DNA of 64,000 bases from Chitinophagales bacterium (GTDB lineage: Bacteria; Bacteroidota; Bacteroidia; Chitinophagales; Chitinophagaceae): NCBI GenBank assembly GCA_031424995.1, contig JANPIP010000041.1, positions 1,077 to 65,076 on the forward strand, read 5' to 3'. A model generated the notes under the pieces. It did not search any database, had not been told where the DNA came from, and saw only the letters and a program-made list of their open reading frames with translations. Below are positions 41,135 to 51,383 of the stretch, piece after piece (the stretch's first letter is position 1; each line of letters opens with the position of its first letter). The position numbers and the translations under genes were made by a program.

Positions 41135-41140
41135 CATTGA

Positions 41141-42520
41141 ATGAACATTAAGTTACGGTTTGCATTGTTATTTACTTTGCTGGTAGGTGCTATTTTAATG
41201 GTTTCCTCTTTGGTAACTTATTATTTATATCAAACTGATAGAACAGAAGATTTTTACCGCAGGTTAAAAAGTGAAGCCTCTATTTTATACAGAGATTTTA
41301 ATGCCGTTGGAAATACTGATACCACGGGCACGCTTAATATTATTGACCAGTTACATTCTAACAATCTTTTTAACGAAAAACTTGTTTTATTTAACAAGAG
41401 CTACGAGGTTATTTATGAAGAACCAGCAGATTCAGCTTTGCAGGTAAAAGATGTAGCACTATTTCAAAAAATAAACAAACAAACAGAATACCGCTATAAA
41501 GATGGCGATAGGGAATGCCTTGGAATGTATATGGAAGCAGCAAATGCTTATATACTGGTTTCTGCCATTGACAGGTCGGGGCTAAAAAAGTTATCTAACT
41601 TAAAGTTTATTTTGTTGGGTGTTTTTGTTGGGGCATTATTAATTGCCGCTGTTATCTCATTCTTTTTTGTAGAAAGTGTTTTTAAACCATTGGTTAACCT
41701 AAGCAGCCAAATGGAAAGAACAACGGCAACCAACCTTACTGAGCAGATTGATGATAAAAGCAGTTATGCAGAAATAAACCAGATTGCTCGCAATTTTAAC
41801 GCTATGCGAAAGCGGTTAAATCATGCATTTGAAAGCCAGAAAACCTTTGTACATCATGCCTCGCATGAACTGCGCACCCCTTTAACCACAATGCTTTCTC
41901 ACACAGAAGCGGCATTAAACCGTAACCTTGATACCCAGGGATATAAAAATGTTTTACGCTCATTAAAAGAAGACCAAAGCGACCTGATTGAATTAACCAA
42001 TTCGCTTTTATTGATTTCGCAATATGAGAAAATGAGCTTTTCTCAATCCTGGCCCACAGAAAGAATTGATGAACTTTTATACGATACCATTGCCAACTGC
42101 AAGCGCATATTTGTTAATAGTGAAATTAATCTTGACTTTGAAGCTTTACCTGAAGATGAAAACGATTTAATGATAAAAGCAAATGACGCCCTAATTAAAT
42201 CTGCTTTTCGTAACCTAATTAAAAATGCCTACATATACAGCGATAACAAGAAGGTAAAAATTGTAATTAAAATTCAGAAACCTCTTATTGAAGTTTGTTT
42301 TATCAATTCTGGTAATCAATTATCATCTACCGAAATTGAAAAAATGCAGATGCCTTTTTTCCGTGGCAAAAACTCAATGACCAAAAAAGGCTTTGGGCTT
42401 GGCTTATCTATAGCTACAAAAATTGTAGAATTACACCAGGGTGTATTGTTGTATGTGCCTGTAGAAACCAAAATAAACCACTTTATTATTAAATTGCCAA
42501 TGGCTTCTACTGAAGCGTAA
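41141..42520 (+). CDS. Sensor histidine kinase (2 transmembrane segments, HAMP, HisKA, HATPase)
   Basis: H-box ASHELRTPLT, N-box LIKNAYIY and G-box GFGLGLSI. It lies immediately downstream of the response regulator. Confidence 0.88.
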   Translation: MNIKLRFALLFTLLVGAILMVSSLVTYYLYQTDRTEDFYRRLKSEASILYRDFNAVGNTDTTGTLNIIDQLHSNNLFNEKLVLFNKSYEVIYEEPADSALQVKDVALFQKINKQTEYRYKDGDRECLGMYMEAANAYILVSAIDRSGLKKLSNLKFILLGVFVGALLIAAVISFFFVESVFKPLVNLSSQMERTTATNLTEQIDDKSSYAEINQIARNFNAMRKRLNHAFESQKTFVHHASHELRTPLTTMLSHTEAALNRNLDTQGYKNVLRSLKEDQSDLIELTNSLLLISQYEKMSFSQSWPTERIDELLYDTIANCKRIFVNSEINLDFEALPEDENDLMIKANDALIKSAFRNLIKNAYIYSDNKKVKIVIKIQKPLIEVCFINSGNQLSSTEIEKMQMPFFRGKNSMTKKGFGLGLSIATKIVELHQGVLLYVPVETKINHFIIKLPMASTEA

Positions 42521-43654
42521 TTACTCACCCCATATCCATTTTACCTGCTGTTTTGCATTCGCTTCATTGTCAAACATAGTTGTAAGCAAATTACTACGTT
42601 TGTTAATTTCATTTTGCTCAAAAGGGGTAGTAAGTAACGATGAAATTTGTTGTATAAAATCTTCTGCGGTATCGGCAATATTGCAAAGCGATTCCAGTCC
42701 ACTTCCTTCTACAGTGGCAGTATTTACAACGCAATGCCTGCCATTATACAAAGCGTTTAATAATTTTAATTTAATACCAGTATTATGAAACGAAGGCAGA
42801 ATATTAATATGCGCTTTGGCTATCATATCCTGCATTTCTTTTTCTGATGGATTGGCTGCAAGGCAAGCATGTGTATGCGAATGAACAATCTTCTCCAGTT
42901 TATCTGACGGATTTTTGCCAGCAATTACAAACGGGGCGGATGTTTTATTAAAAATATTTTCCAGCAGCCATATCGCTGCCTTTTCGTTGGCCGCTACGCT
43001 TAAATCAGCCTGGTACAGGCAAAAATTTCCCTTGCCCTCAAGACTTTGAACCTTCCATGATAAAGGCAGGTACAATGGCAGCAATTCAATGTTTTTGCAA
43101 CCTAATTTTTCGCGGTAAACGTCTGCGTCTTTCTGTGTAACACTCCAAAAAGCGGTTGCTTTTATTGCAATGGAATGTTCGTATTTTTTAAGTAAACGGC
43201 TTTCTGCCAAAAAGTATATTTTCTTAAATATTTGAGAGGCAGACTTGTATAAGTCTTGGTAATATTGGTACTCAACATTATGAACCCTTACATACTTTCT
43301 TCTTTTGCTAAAACGCTCATCGTTTAATAATGCAGTGCAATGAATACCTTCCATAAAAATGGGATAATCATCTTTTAAAAGATTGGTAAACAGTTGTTCA
43401 TTTTTTCGCGAAGCAACTATATAAGGCAACCGCGATGAAACACTTTTGTGGCCTCTTATTCTTTCGTAATAATTAACCGATTCGCAGTATTTATTTAACT
43501 CATTTTGCTGTCCACGGCCATAGTCAAAACAATGCAGGTGAATTTTCACTCCCTGCTGCTGTAACGATGGCAGTTTATAAAAAAGGTCAAATACACCACC
43601 ATAATCAACAGGGTAGGGAACGTTGAGACATATTATATGAAGATGCTTTTCCAA
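42521..43654 (-). CDS. Glycosyltransferase (GT4/GT1-like)
   Basis: 377 aa with an N-terminus of the HIICLNVPYPVDYGG type and a C-terminal E-x7-E-like region. It is adjacent to a second glycosyltransferase. Confidence 0.6.
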   Translation of the reverse strand: MEKHLHIICLNVPYPVDYGGVFDLFYKLPSLQQQGVKIHLHCFDYGRGQQNELNKYCESVNYYERIRGHKSVSSRLPYIVASRKNEQLFTNLLKDDYPIFMEGIHCTALLNDERFSKRRKYVRVHNVEYQYYQDLYKSASQIFKKIYFLAESRLLKKYEHSIAIKATAFWSVTQKDADVYREKLGCKNIELLPLYLPLSWKVQSLEGKGNFCLYQADLSVAANEKAAIWLLENIFNKTSAPFVIAGKNPSDKLEKIVHSHTHACLAANPSEKEMQDMIAKAHINILPSFHNTGIKLKLLNALYNGRHCVVNTATVEGSGLESLCNIADTAEDFIQQISSLLTTPFEQNEINKRSNLLTTMFDNEANAKQQVKWIWGE

Positions 43655-43666
43655 TGTATATAGGCT

Positions 43667-44755
43667 TTATAAAATCCCTTTCCAAAAACCAATCAATATT
43701 TTTTCTTCCTCCCGCCAGTTTAAAAAGGCAGCGGCTGTTAAGCAATTGGCTTCTAAAGTTTTATACAATACATCATCAAGCAATAATTTGTTCAAAGCCT
43801 GCGCAATTGTTTCTTCACTTGTGTTATCAATTAATTCACAAAAATGGTATTGCTTGTGTATTAATGCATATTCTGGATAATTAACACAAACCTGCGGAAT
43901 GCCTGCCATCATGTAATCAAAAAAACGGTTTGCGAGCGAATGGTACTGGTTTAAACCTGTGGCCTCAAATAACGTAACACCAATATGGCATTGGGGTGTT
44001 AACTGTTGTAATGCATGTGGCGCAACTGCGCCCTTTAATTCAATTTTATCTTCAAGCTGGTGTTTTGCAATCAATGCTTTTGCCTGGCTAAAAAAGTTGC
44101 CTTTACCACAAATCAGCAATTTTGCGTTTACCTGCTTCATAGCAGGAATGAGAGTTTCAAAGCTTCGCCCTTCATTTACGGCACCCTGGTAAATAATAGT
44201 TGGTGTATTTTTTTTTATGGCTTCGCCGATGTTTTGCCTCAGAGGAAGGTTTCTTACAATGGTATAATCTGCACCATAGCGTCTTTTAAATTCTTCTTTT
44301 ATAAAATGATTTACCGTGTATCCATATTTAAATTTTGGTACGGCAAACTGCTCAATGGCAAGCCAAAAACGATGGATGTTTCTGCGTGTAACTATCTCTT
44401 TTTGTTCTGTAAACAATTCGTGTGCATCGTACACCCTTTTCTTTCCTCTTGCAGCAGAAGCGAAATATACAGGTAAAATAGTGTCAAGGTCAATGGCACA
44501 AAATGCATCTGCTTTTGTAAAAAGCAGATAAAAAAACAAGCGTATATTATATTCTAAATATAACAAAGCGCCCTTAGTAAAAATGCAATTCAATCTTTTT
44601 TGAGTAAAGTTTTGTAGTGGCAGGGCAGAAGATGATTTTAGTTTTCTGCCCACAAGCATAGCACTGTAACCTGCACCAGAAACTGAACTGCAAATACGTT
44701 GCATTCTTTGATCATAACTGAGGTCGTTGGTAACTGTAAAAACAATGTGCGGCAA
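43667..44755 (-). CDS. Glycosyltransferase family 1/4
   Basis: 362 aa with a Rossmann-like GT-B pattern (ICGKGNF...GVTLFEATGLN). Confidence 0.6.
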   Translation of the reverse strand: MPHIVFTVTNDLSYDQRMQRICSSVSGAGYSAMLVGRKLKSSSALPLQNFTQKRLNCIFTKGALLYLEYNIRLFFYLLFTKADAFCAIDLDTILPVYFASAARGKKRVYDAHELFTEQKEIVTRRNIHRFWLAIEQFAVPKFKYGYTVNHFIKEEFKRRYGADYTIVRNLPLRQNIGEAIKKNTPTIIYQGAVNEGRSFETLIPAMKQVNAKLLICGKGNFFSQAKALIAKHQLEDKIELKGAVAPHALQQLTPQCHIGVTLFEATGLNQYHSLANRFFDYMMAGIPQVCVNYPEYALIHKQYHFCELIDNTSEETIAQALNKLLLDDVLYKTLEANCLTAAAFLNWREEEKILIGFWKGIL

Positions 44756-44873
44756 AAGCAGTTATTTTACTAACAAATATAGAGTTGATGTGCATATAAG
44801 GTGGCTGGTTTCAACACTTTTTACACACCAGTAAAAAATATTTATAAAATTTTATTGCTTACAAAAATTGTTA

Positions 44874-44881
44874 TACTTTTG
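44874..44881 (+). promoter_or_regulatory. Candidate Bacteroidota -7 box (TAnnTTTG) for rpsO
   Basis: TACTTTTG lies 55 nt upstream of the rpsO ATG, with a TTG about 20 nt further upstream. The match is to the motif only. Confidence 0.3.
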
Positions 44882-44935
44882 CAGCCATAAAAAAATTAAG
44901 AATTAGCAATACCGTTTGCTAAAAAAGAAAATAAA

Positions 44936-45205
44936 ATGTCAATTACAAAAGAAAGAAAAGCCAGCATTTTTACACAATTTGGCGGTGCTGCAACCAACAC
45001 AGGTTCTACTGAAGCGCAAATTGCTCTATTAACTGAACGTATTCTTGATATCAGTAAGCACTTACAGGCAAACAAAAAAGATTTTTCCAGCCAGCGTGGT
45101 TTAATTCATTTAGTAGGTGAGCGCAAAGCTTTGTTAAGCTATTTGCAAAAAACTGATTTGATGGGTTACCGCGCCCTTATTGAAAAATTAGGTTTAAGAA
45201 AATAA
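44936..45205 (+). CDS. rpsO: 30S ribosomal protein S15
   Basis: 89 aa, GSTEAQIALLTERI...HLQANKKDFSSQRGL. Confidence 0.95.
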   Translation: MSITKERKASIFTQFGGAATNTGSTEAQIALLTERILDISKHLQANKKDFSSQRGLIHLVGERKALLSYLQKTDLMGYRALIEKLGLRK

Positions 45206-45273
45206 GCCCCTTTCCCCTAAATCGGGGGGTTTGGAGGCCTTCATATACAATGAAATTTATTTCATTGATATGT

Positions 45274-45312
45274 AAATCCCAACTTCTCTTTGATGTTGGG
45301 ATTTGTGTTTTT
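45274..45312 (+). terminator. rpsO terminator / pnp leader hairpin
   Basis: AAATCCCAAC-N11-GTTGGGATTT followed by GTGTTTTT. Confidence 0.7.
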
Positions 45313-45414
45313 AATCCCTTTTTTTAAGTAAGGATTGCTTCACTCCAATCTTGCCAGTACAATGCGATAGCACATTATGGTTATCGCATATTATCAAACT
45401 ATTACATTACAAAA

Positions 45415-47640
45415 ATGCTATCACAACCTATACAATCAAGTTTTCAGTTGCCTAGTGGTGCTGAAGTTATTATTGAAACCGGCAAAATGGCCCGCCAGGC
45501 CGATGGTGCTGTTACAGTTCGGCAGGGAAATTGTATTTTATTAGCAACCGTTGTTGCCAATAAAGATCCCAAAGACGGACAGGATTTTTTCCCTTTAAGC
45601 GTAGATTACCAGGAAAAATTTTCTTCTGCAGGCCGTATCCCAGGTTCATTCTTTAAACGTGAAGCGCGTTTAAACGACTACGAAATTTTAACCAGCCGCT
45701 TAATTGACAGGGCCTTGCGTCCTTTATTTCCTGAAGACTATCTGTGTGATGTTCAGGTACTTATAAGCCTTATCTCAAGTGATCTTGAAGTTATGCCTGA
45801 TGCTTTAGCTTGCTTAGCTGCATCTGCTGCATTGGCTGTTTCTGACATTCCTATTAAAGAAATTATTTCAGAAGTTCGTATCAGCCGCCTAAACGGCGAG
45901 TTTATTGTAAACCCTACAAGAACGCAGTTAGAGCAATCTGATATGGAATTTATCATCGCAGCTACCGATAAAAACCTGATGATGGTGGAAGGTGAAGCGA
46001 AAGAGTGCAGCGAAGAAGACCTTGTTAAAGCTTTAGAGGTAGCCCATGATGCTATCCGCATTCAGATAAAAGCACAGGAAAAACTTCGTGAACTGAAAGG
46101 TGTTACTGAAAAAAGAAATTATAAAAAGCCTGCACAGGACGAAGAAATTAAAGCAAAAGTAGAAGCGTTTGCAAAAGATAAAATTTACGAAATATCACGT
46201 AAGGGTTCTGCAAAACACGAACGCAGTGATGCTTACAGTGCTTTGAAAGAAGAATTGTTAGCAAGCCTTGGTGAAGAAGTAACAGATCTTCAGAAAAAAT
46301 TGGCCAAAAAATATTATGCTGATCTTCAATGGGAAGTTGTTAGAAGCATGATTATTGATGACCGTTTCCGTTTAGATGGCCGCAGCCTTGACCAGGTTCG
46401 TCCGTTAGCTATGGAAGTTGATATCTTACCAACGCCACATGGTTCTGCTTTATTTACACGTGGTGAAACTCAATCACTTACAACAGTTACCTTTGGTACT
46501 GGTTTAGATGAACTACTGGTTGAAAGTGCTGCAAAATCTGTTGACAGCAAGTTTTTCCTTCATTATAATTTCCCGCCTTTCAGTACTGGTGAAGTAAAAA
46601 TGATGCGCGGCCAAAGCCGTCGCGAAGTTGGTCATGGTAACCTTGCCATGCGTTCCCTAAAACAAATGATGCCAGGAAGTGATTACGCATACACTGTACG
46701 TGTTGTGAGTGATATACTTGAAAGCAACGGTTCTTCATCAATGGCTACTGTTTGTGCTGGTTCATTGGCTTTAATGGATGCTGGTGTTCCTCTTCCAAAA
46801 CACGTTAGCGGCGTGGCAATGGGTTTAATTACACGCGAAGACGGCAAATACGCCATTCTTACAGATATTTTGGGTGATGAAGATCACCTGGGTGATATGG
46901 ACTTTAAAGTAACAGGTACACGCGAAGGTATTTGCGGTGTGCAGATGGATATTAAAGTAGATGGTTTAAGCATGGAAGTAATGCGTGAAGCATTAGCACA
47001 GGCACGCAATGGTCGCTTACATATTCTTGATGCAATGTATGAAGCTATGCCTGCTGCACGTGAAGAAGTGAAACCACATGCTCCACGAATGATCAAAATC
47101 ATAATTGATAAAGAATATATTGGTGCTGTAATAGGGCCAGGTGGTAAAGTGATTCAGGAAATTCAGAGAGAAACTGGTGCTACCATTAATATTGAAGAGG
47201 TTGGCAATACGGGTGAAGTAAGCATCTTCTCACCACAAAAAGAAAGTCTTGAAAGGGCTGCGGCTTGGGTAAATGGTCTTACAACTTCACCAGAAGTTGG
47301 TAAAACTTACGAAGGAACTATTAAGAGTATCAAGGAGTTCGGTGCTTTTGTTGAGTTTTTGCCTAAGAAAGAAGGGTTGTTACACATCAGCGAAATTAGC
47401 TGGGCACGTATAGAAACCATGGATGGTGTATTTAATGAAGGTGACACTGTAAAAGTGAAATTGCTGGAAGTTGATCCACGTACTGGTAAATTTAAATTAA
47501 GCCGCAAAGCATTAATGCCAAGACCTGAAAGAACAGAAGGTGGTAATGAAGAAGGTGGCGGCGGACGCCCCCCACGCGAAAACAGGGATAGCAGGCCACC
47601 CCGTGATAATAGGGACAGGAATGACAGACCACGTTATTAA
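45415..47640 (+). CDS. pnp: Polyribonucleotide nucleotidyltransferase (PNPase)
   Basis: 741 aa with two RNase PH domains, KH (GPGGKVIQEI), S1 (GTIKSIKEFGAFVEF) and an RG/RD-rich tail. Confidence 0.95.
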   Translation: MLSQPIQSSFQLPSGAEVIIETGKMARQADGAVTVRQGNCILLATVVANKDPKDGQDFFPLSVDYQEKFSSAGRIPGSFFKREARLNDYEILTSRLIDRALRPLFPEDYLCDVQVLISLISSDLEVMPDALACLAASAALAVSDIPIKEIISEVRISRLNGEFIVNPTRTQLEQSDMEFIIAATDKNLMMVEGEAKECSEEDLVKALEVAHDAIRIQIKAQEKLRELKGVTEKRNYKKPAQDEEIKAKVEAFAKDKIYEISRKGSAKHERSDAYSALKEELLASLGEEVTDLQKKLAKKYYADLQWEVVRSMIIDDRFRLDGRSLDQVRPLAMEVDILPTPHGSALFTRGETQSLTTVTFGTGLDELLVESAAKSVDSKFFLHYNFPPFSTGEVKMMRGQSRREVGHGNLAMRSLKQMMPGSDYAYTVRVVSDILESNGSSSMATVCAGSLALMDAGVPLPKHVSGVAMGLITREDGKYAILTDILGDEDHLGDMDFKVTGTREGICGVQMDIKVDGLSMEVMREALAQARNGRLHILDAMYEAMPAAREEVKPHAPRMIKIIIDKEYIGAVIGPGGKVIQEIQRETGATINIEEVGNTGEVSIFSPQKESLERAAAWVNGLTTSPEVGKTYEGTIKSIKEFGAFVEFLPKKEGLLHISEISWARIETMDGVFNEGDTVKVKLLEVDPRTGKFKLSRKALMPRPERTEGGNEEGGGGRPPRENRDSRPPRDNRDRNDRPRY

Positions 47641-47656
47641 TAATTGATAGTTTTAT

Positions 47657-47697
47657 AAAATCCCCGTAACGCTTTGCGTTATGGGGATTTTTATTTT
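47657..47697 (+). terminator. pnp intrinsic terminator
   Basis: AAAATCCCCGTAACGC-TTT-GCGTTATGGGGATTTT followed by a T-rich run. Confidence 0.8.
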
Positions 47698-47764
47698 GCA
47701 TGTACAAATGTTGCAATGATGCAATGATTGCATTAAGTATTTAGTCATAAGGTAAAATAAAAAT

Positions 47765-48946
47765 ATGACTAAAGCTTTCTTTACCTTCCTTCTCTTTGTT
47801 TGTTGCCTTTATGCTACTTGCCAATCAACCATTACGCTTGGTACTTTTACTGGTATTTCTTCAAACCTTTTTCTTTACACTTCTAATTCAAGTGCTACCT
47901 ATTCGCGCAGCACTTTTGTGTATAATAAAGATGAGCTTACTGCAATGCCTGCTAATGCTTTGATTAAAAGTATCACCTTAAACCAGCACTCAGGAATAAC
48001 ATTAAACGGTGCAACAGTTTGCAGGCTGTACCTTAAAAACCGTAACGATAAATTACCGATGGGATCCAGTACCACATGGGGTGCTGAATTGGCGGGGGCA
48101 TCTCTTGTATTTGAAGGCAGTGTGAATACCCTGTTTAATAACACTACTGGCTTAAAGAATCTTGTTTTTAACATTGGGGCAAATCCAGGTTTTGTTTATA
48201 CGGGTGAAAACCTGCAATTAATGATTGAATTTATGCACGATCAAAGTGCGAGTACTTCTGTTGGATTTTCCATTTACAGTGGTTCTGACAATCAGCTTCT
48301 ATATTATGGCAATGGCTCGTTGCCTGCTAGCACAGCGCATATTTTATCTACGTTTACAATGAAACCTGCTATACAGATAGCGTATGTTTCTACTTTGCCT
48401 GTGACCCTAAGTAATTTGAAAGGAAACAGTAATGGCGGTGGTAACTTGCTAAGCTGGACAACGCTAACCGAAATTAACCATGCTTTTTTTGAAGTACAAC
48501 GTTCTGCTGATGGTATTAGTTTTACCGATGCCGCTTTAATAGCTGCGAAGGGGAATGGAACAAGCAGTACGCCACAACAGTATCAATGGCAGGATGCAGG
48601 CGTTACAACAAACAAATTTTATCGTTTGAAGATGATAGACAAAAATGGTAACGCGCAGTATTCTTCCGTAATTGAGGTTGCTGCTGGCAAAAGCTACCAG
48701 GTAAAAGCATATCCTGATCCTGTAACTGAGTGGTTATACCTTGAGTTTGATGCCAACACTTCAAACAAAGCTGAAGTGAATATTATTTCTGCCAACGGCA
48801 AACAAGTACTACAGCAAAGCTTTGGGCTGATTAAAGGACATAATATTCTAAAAATAAATGCGCTTACCTGGCTAAAGGGAACTTATTATGTAACTGCATC
48901 AGCTAATGGGCAGCCGCTTTTTAGCAGTATTGGTGTACTGAAATAG
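47765..48946 (+). CDS. Secreted protein with T9SS (Por) C-terminal sorting domain
   Basis: Signal peptide. The C-terminal ~80 aa, AYPDPVTEWLYLEF...GTYYVTASANGQ...VLK, fit the type-A T9SS CTD pattern. Confidence 0.7.
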   Translation: MTKAFFTFLLFVCCLYATCQSTITLGTFTGISSNLFLYTSNSSATYSRSTFVYNKDELTAMPANALIKSITLNQHSGITLNGATVCRLYLKNRNDKLPMGSSTTWGAELAGASLVFEGSVNTLFNNTTGLKNLVFNIGANPGFVYTGENLQLMIEFMHDQSASTSVGFSIYSGSDNQLLYYGNGSLPASTAHILSTFTMKPAIQIAYVSTLPVTLSNLKGNSNGGGNLLSWTTLTEINHAFFEVQRSADGISFTDAALIAAKGNGTSSTPQQYQWQDAGVTTNKFYRLKMIDKNGNAQYSSVIEVAAGKSYQVKAYPDPVTEWLYLEFDANTSNKAEVNIISANGKQVLQQSFGLIKGHNILKINALTWLKGTYYVTASANGQPLFSSIGVLK

Positions 48947-48999
48947 CTTAAAAATAGAATGCAGCTTTCACAAACCTTATTGCTGTTTCACTCAAACCA

Positions 49000-49035
49000 A
49001 AAAATCCCGTTCCAAAAATTTGGAACGGGATTTTT
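49000..49035. terminator. Bidirectional terminator between convergent genes
   Basis: AAAAATCCCGTTCCA-AAAATT-TGGAACGGGATTTTT, with A and T runs on both sides. Confidence 0.8.
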
Positions 49036-49074
49036 ACATCTGTCAACGGTCATTTTTCAACTATCAACTATTTC

Positions 49075-50400
49075 TTAATACCTGTACATATCACTTTTGA
49101 AAGGACCATTCTGAGGAATGCCTAAATAAGATGCCTGATCAGGAGTTAACTCGTCTAATTCAACACCAATTTTGGCAAGGTGTAAACGGGCAACTTTTTC
49201 ATCCAACGATTTTGGTAATACATATACCTTGTTCTCGTAAGCTTCGTGGTTCGTCCACAACTCAATTTGAGCAAGGGTTTGGTTAGCAAAACTGTTACTC
49301 ATTACAAAACTTGGGTGACCAGTAGCACAACCTAAGTTTACTAAACGGCCTTCAGCAAGAATGATTACATCTTTACCCTCAATATTGTAAATATCAACCT
49401 GTGGTTTAATGGTATCTTTTGTATCACCATAGTTTTCATTCAACCAGGCCATATCAATTTCAATGTCAAAGTGACCAATGTTACAAACAATCGCTTTATC
49501 CTTCATAACACGGAAATGTTTTTCAGTGATAAGGTCGCGGCAACCTGATGCAGTAACAATAATATCAGCTTCAGCAACTGCTTTCAGCATTGGTTTCACT
49601 TCAAAACCATCCATAGCTGCTTGCAAAGCACAGATAGGGTCAATTTCAGTAACAATAACGCGGCAACCAGCACCAGCCAAAGAAGCAGCAGAACCTTTAC
49701 CTACATCACCATAACTACCTACAACAGCAACTTTACCTGCCATCATAACATCAGTAGCACGACGGATCGCATCTACCAATGATTCTTTACAACCGTATTT
49801 GTTATCAAATTTAGATTTGGTAACAGAATCGTTTACATTGATTGCAGGAACAGGTAAAGTACCTTTTGCCATGCGCTCATATAAACGGTGTACACCTGTA
49901 GTCGTTTCTTCAGAAAGACCTTTAATATTCTGAATCAATTCAGGATACGTGTCAAAAACAATGTTGGTTAAATCACCACCATCATCCAAAATCATGTTTA
50001 AAGGACGCTCAACACTGCCAAAGAACAAAGTTTGTTCAATGCACCAGTCAGCTTCGGCTTGTGTTTGGCCTTTCCATGCAAAAACACCAATACCAGCAGC
50101 GGCAATAGCAGCAGCAGCCTGGTCTTGTGTAGAAAAGATATTGCAAGAGCTCCATTTAACTTCGGCACCAAGGGCAACCAAAGTTTCAATTAAAACCGCA
50201 GTTTGAATGGTCATGTGCAAACAACCCGCGATCCTTGCGCCTGCCAACGGCTGGCTTGGACCATACTCTTCACGAATGCTCATTAAGCCTGGCATTTCTG
50301 CTTCTGCCAAACGGATTTCTTTGCGGCCCCAAGCTGCAAGGCTGATGTCAGCTACTTTGTAAGGCAGCGTAAAATCAATTGTTTTTGTTAATGTAGACAT
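49075..50400 (-). CDS. ahcY: Adenosylhomocysteinase
   Basis: [24 protein letters not shown], the NAD-binding [11 protein letters not shown] and a C-terminal KSDMYRY. The start is taken at MSTLTK. Confidence 0.93.
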   Translation of the reverse strand: MSTLTKTIDFTLPYKVADISLAAWGRKEIRLAEAEMPGLMSIREEYGPSQPLAGARIAGCLHMTIQTAVLIETLVALGAEVKWSSCNIFSTQDQAAAAIAAAGIGVFAWKGQTQAEADWCIEQTLFFGSVERPLNMILDDGGDLTNIVFDTYPELIQNIKGLSEETTTGVHRLYERMAKGTLPVPAINVNDSVTKSKFDNKYGCKESLVDAIRRATDVMMAGKVAVVGSYGDVGKGSAASLAGAGCRVIVTEIDPICALQAAMDGFEVKPMLKAVAEADIIVTASGCRDLITEKHFRVMKDKAIVCNIGHFDIEIDMAWLNENYGDTKDTIKPQVDIYNIEGKDVIILAEGRLVNLGCATGHPSFVMSNSFANQTLAQIELWTNHEAYENKVYVLPKSLDEKVARLHLAKIGVELDELTPDQASYLGIPQNGPFKSDMYRY

Positions 50401-50592
50401 AGTATTTATTTTGAAGTGCAAATATAGATTGGCAGGATATTATTCTTTCAATAATAAAATATTTAGGATAGAATTTGATAAATGATAATTTTTAAAGAAT
50501 ATAATGACTATTTGTATCGCAAAAATTGAGGTAAACAGAATAAATAGCTTTTATGCAGGACGGGCTAATCACATCGCAACTTCATCTTCCCC

Positions 50593-50823
50593 GGTAGTAG
50601 TATTTGCGGCATCGGTCGCAGGGTTACCTTGAGCGGTCGCAGGGTTACCTTGGGCAGTCGCAGGGTTACCTTGGGCGGTAGTTGGTGTTTCTTTAATGGT
50701 CGCTGGGTTTTCTTAGCCGGTAGTAAGGTTAGCTGTTCCGGTCGCAGCATTTACGGCACTGGTAGTAAGGTTTTCTTGAGCGGTAGCAGGTTTTTCTTAG
50801 CTGGTAGTAGGTATTTTTTGGGT
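50593..50823. repeat. 21-bp tandem repeat array (11 units)
   Basis: GGTCGCAGGGTTACCTTG(A/G)GC appears three times nearly identically (50614-50676), followed by diverged GGTAGTA(A/G)G(G/T)T...-type units in strict 21-nt register. Confidence 0.85.
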
Positions 50824-50860
50824 GGCATATGCGACATATAACCCTTTATTTAAACATTCG

Positions 50861-50880
50861 CCCACGGTTTAAACCGTTGG
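50861..50880. repeat. REP palindrome (CCCACGGTTTAAACCGTTGG) at the 3' side of the RAYT gene
   Basis: It belongs to the same family as the palindromes at 51466-51485 and 51669-51688. Confidence 0.75.
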
Positions 50881-50883
50881 CTA

Positions 50884-51318
50884 TTATTCATTTTCAAATC
50901 CATACAATTTTAAAAATTCATCATATTCCTGTTGAAATGATTTTTTGCCATGATGTTGTTTTTGATTTTGTATATACCTGAAAACTTTATCAACTACAGA
51001 TTCTGAAACAGAATAAGCTGCATAGCCTGTTTGCCACGCAAATTTTTCCTCAATCAGGTTGTCCTGGTTTATATAATGCGAACTGCTGCCTTTAATTTGT
51101 TTGATTATATCGGCAATTGACTTTTGCGGGCTTAACAGAAACAAACAATGTATATGGTCGGGCATGCCGTTTATAGCCCTGACGGGGCAACCCAGCTCAC
51201 GCAATTGGTCTGATAAAAATTGAGATACTTTTTGCTCTATGGCATGGTGTATTAAAGGCATCCTCTCTTTGGTTGACCAAATGGCGTGTATCCATATTTT
51301 ATTGTATGAATGTGGCAT
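50884..51318 (-). CDS. REP-associated tyrosine transposase (RAYT; IS200/IS605 Y1 family)
   Basis: 144 aa with an HUH motif (PDHIHCLF), a catalytic Tyr region (WQTGYAAYSVS) and an N-terminal IWIHAIWSTKERMPL. It is flanked by REP palindromes. Confidence 0.85.
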   Translation of the reverse strand: MPHSYNKIWIHAIWSTKERMPLIHHAIEQKVSQFLSDQLRELGCPVRAINGMPDHIHCLFLLSPQKSIADIIKQIKGSSSHYINQDNLIEEKFAWQTGYAAYSVSESVVDKVFRYIQNQKQHHGKKSFQQEYDEFLKLYGFENE

Positions 51319-51383
51319 GTTTATTTTTTTGTTGCTGCATTGTAAAAATCGTTAAAAACGGGTTGGTTTTCGGATGCAATTGT

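Noticed and set aside
50401-50560. An SAH riboswitch upstream of ahcY.
   Set aside because: The 5' region is AT-rich. I could find no GC-rich pseudoknot or helices resembling the SAH riboswitch.
50565-50841. Two overlapping ORFs on opposite strands (61 aa and 70 aa) with PKVTLR / GSRRVTLG repeats.
   Set aside because: Both result from the 21-bp tandem array staying open in several frames. Neither has independent coding evidence.
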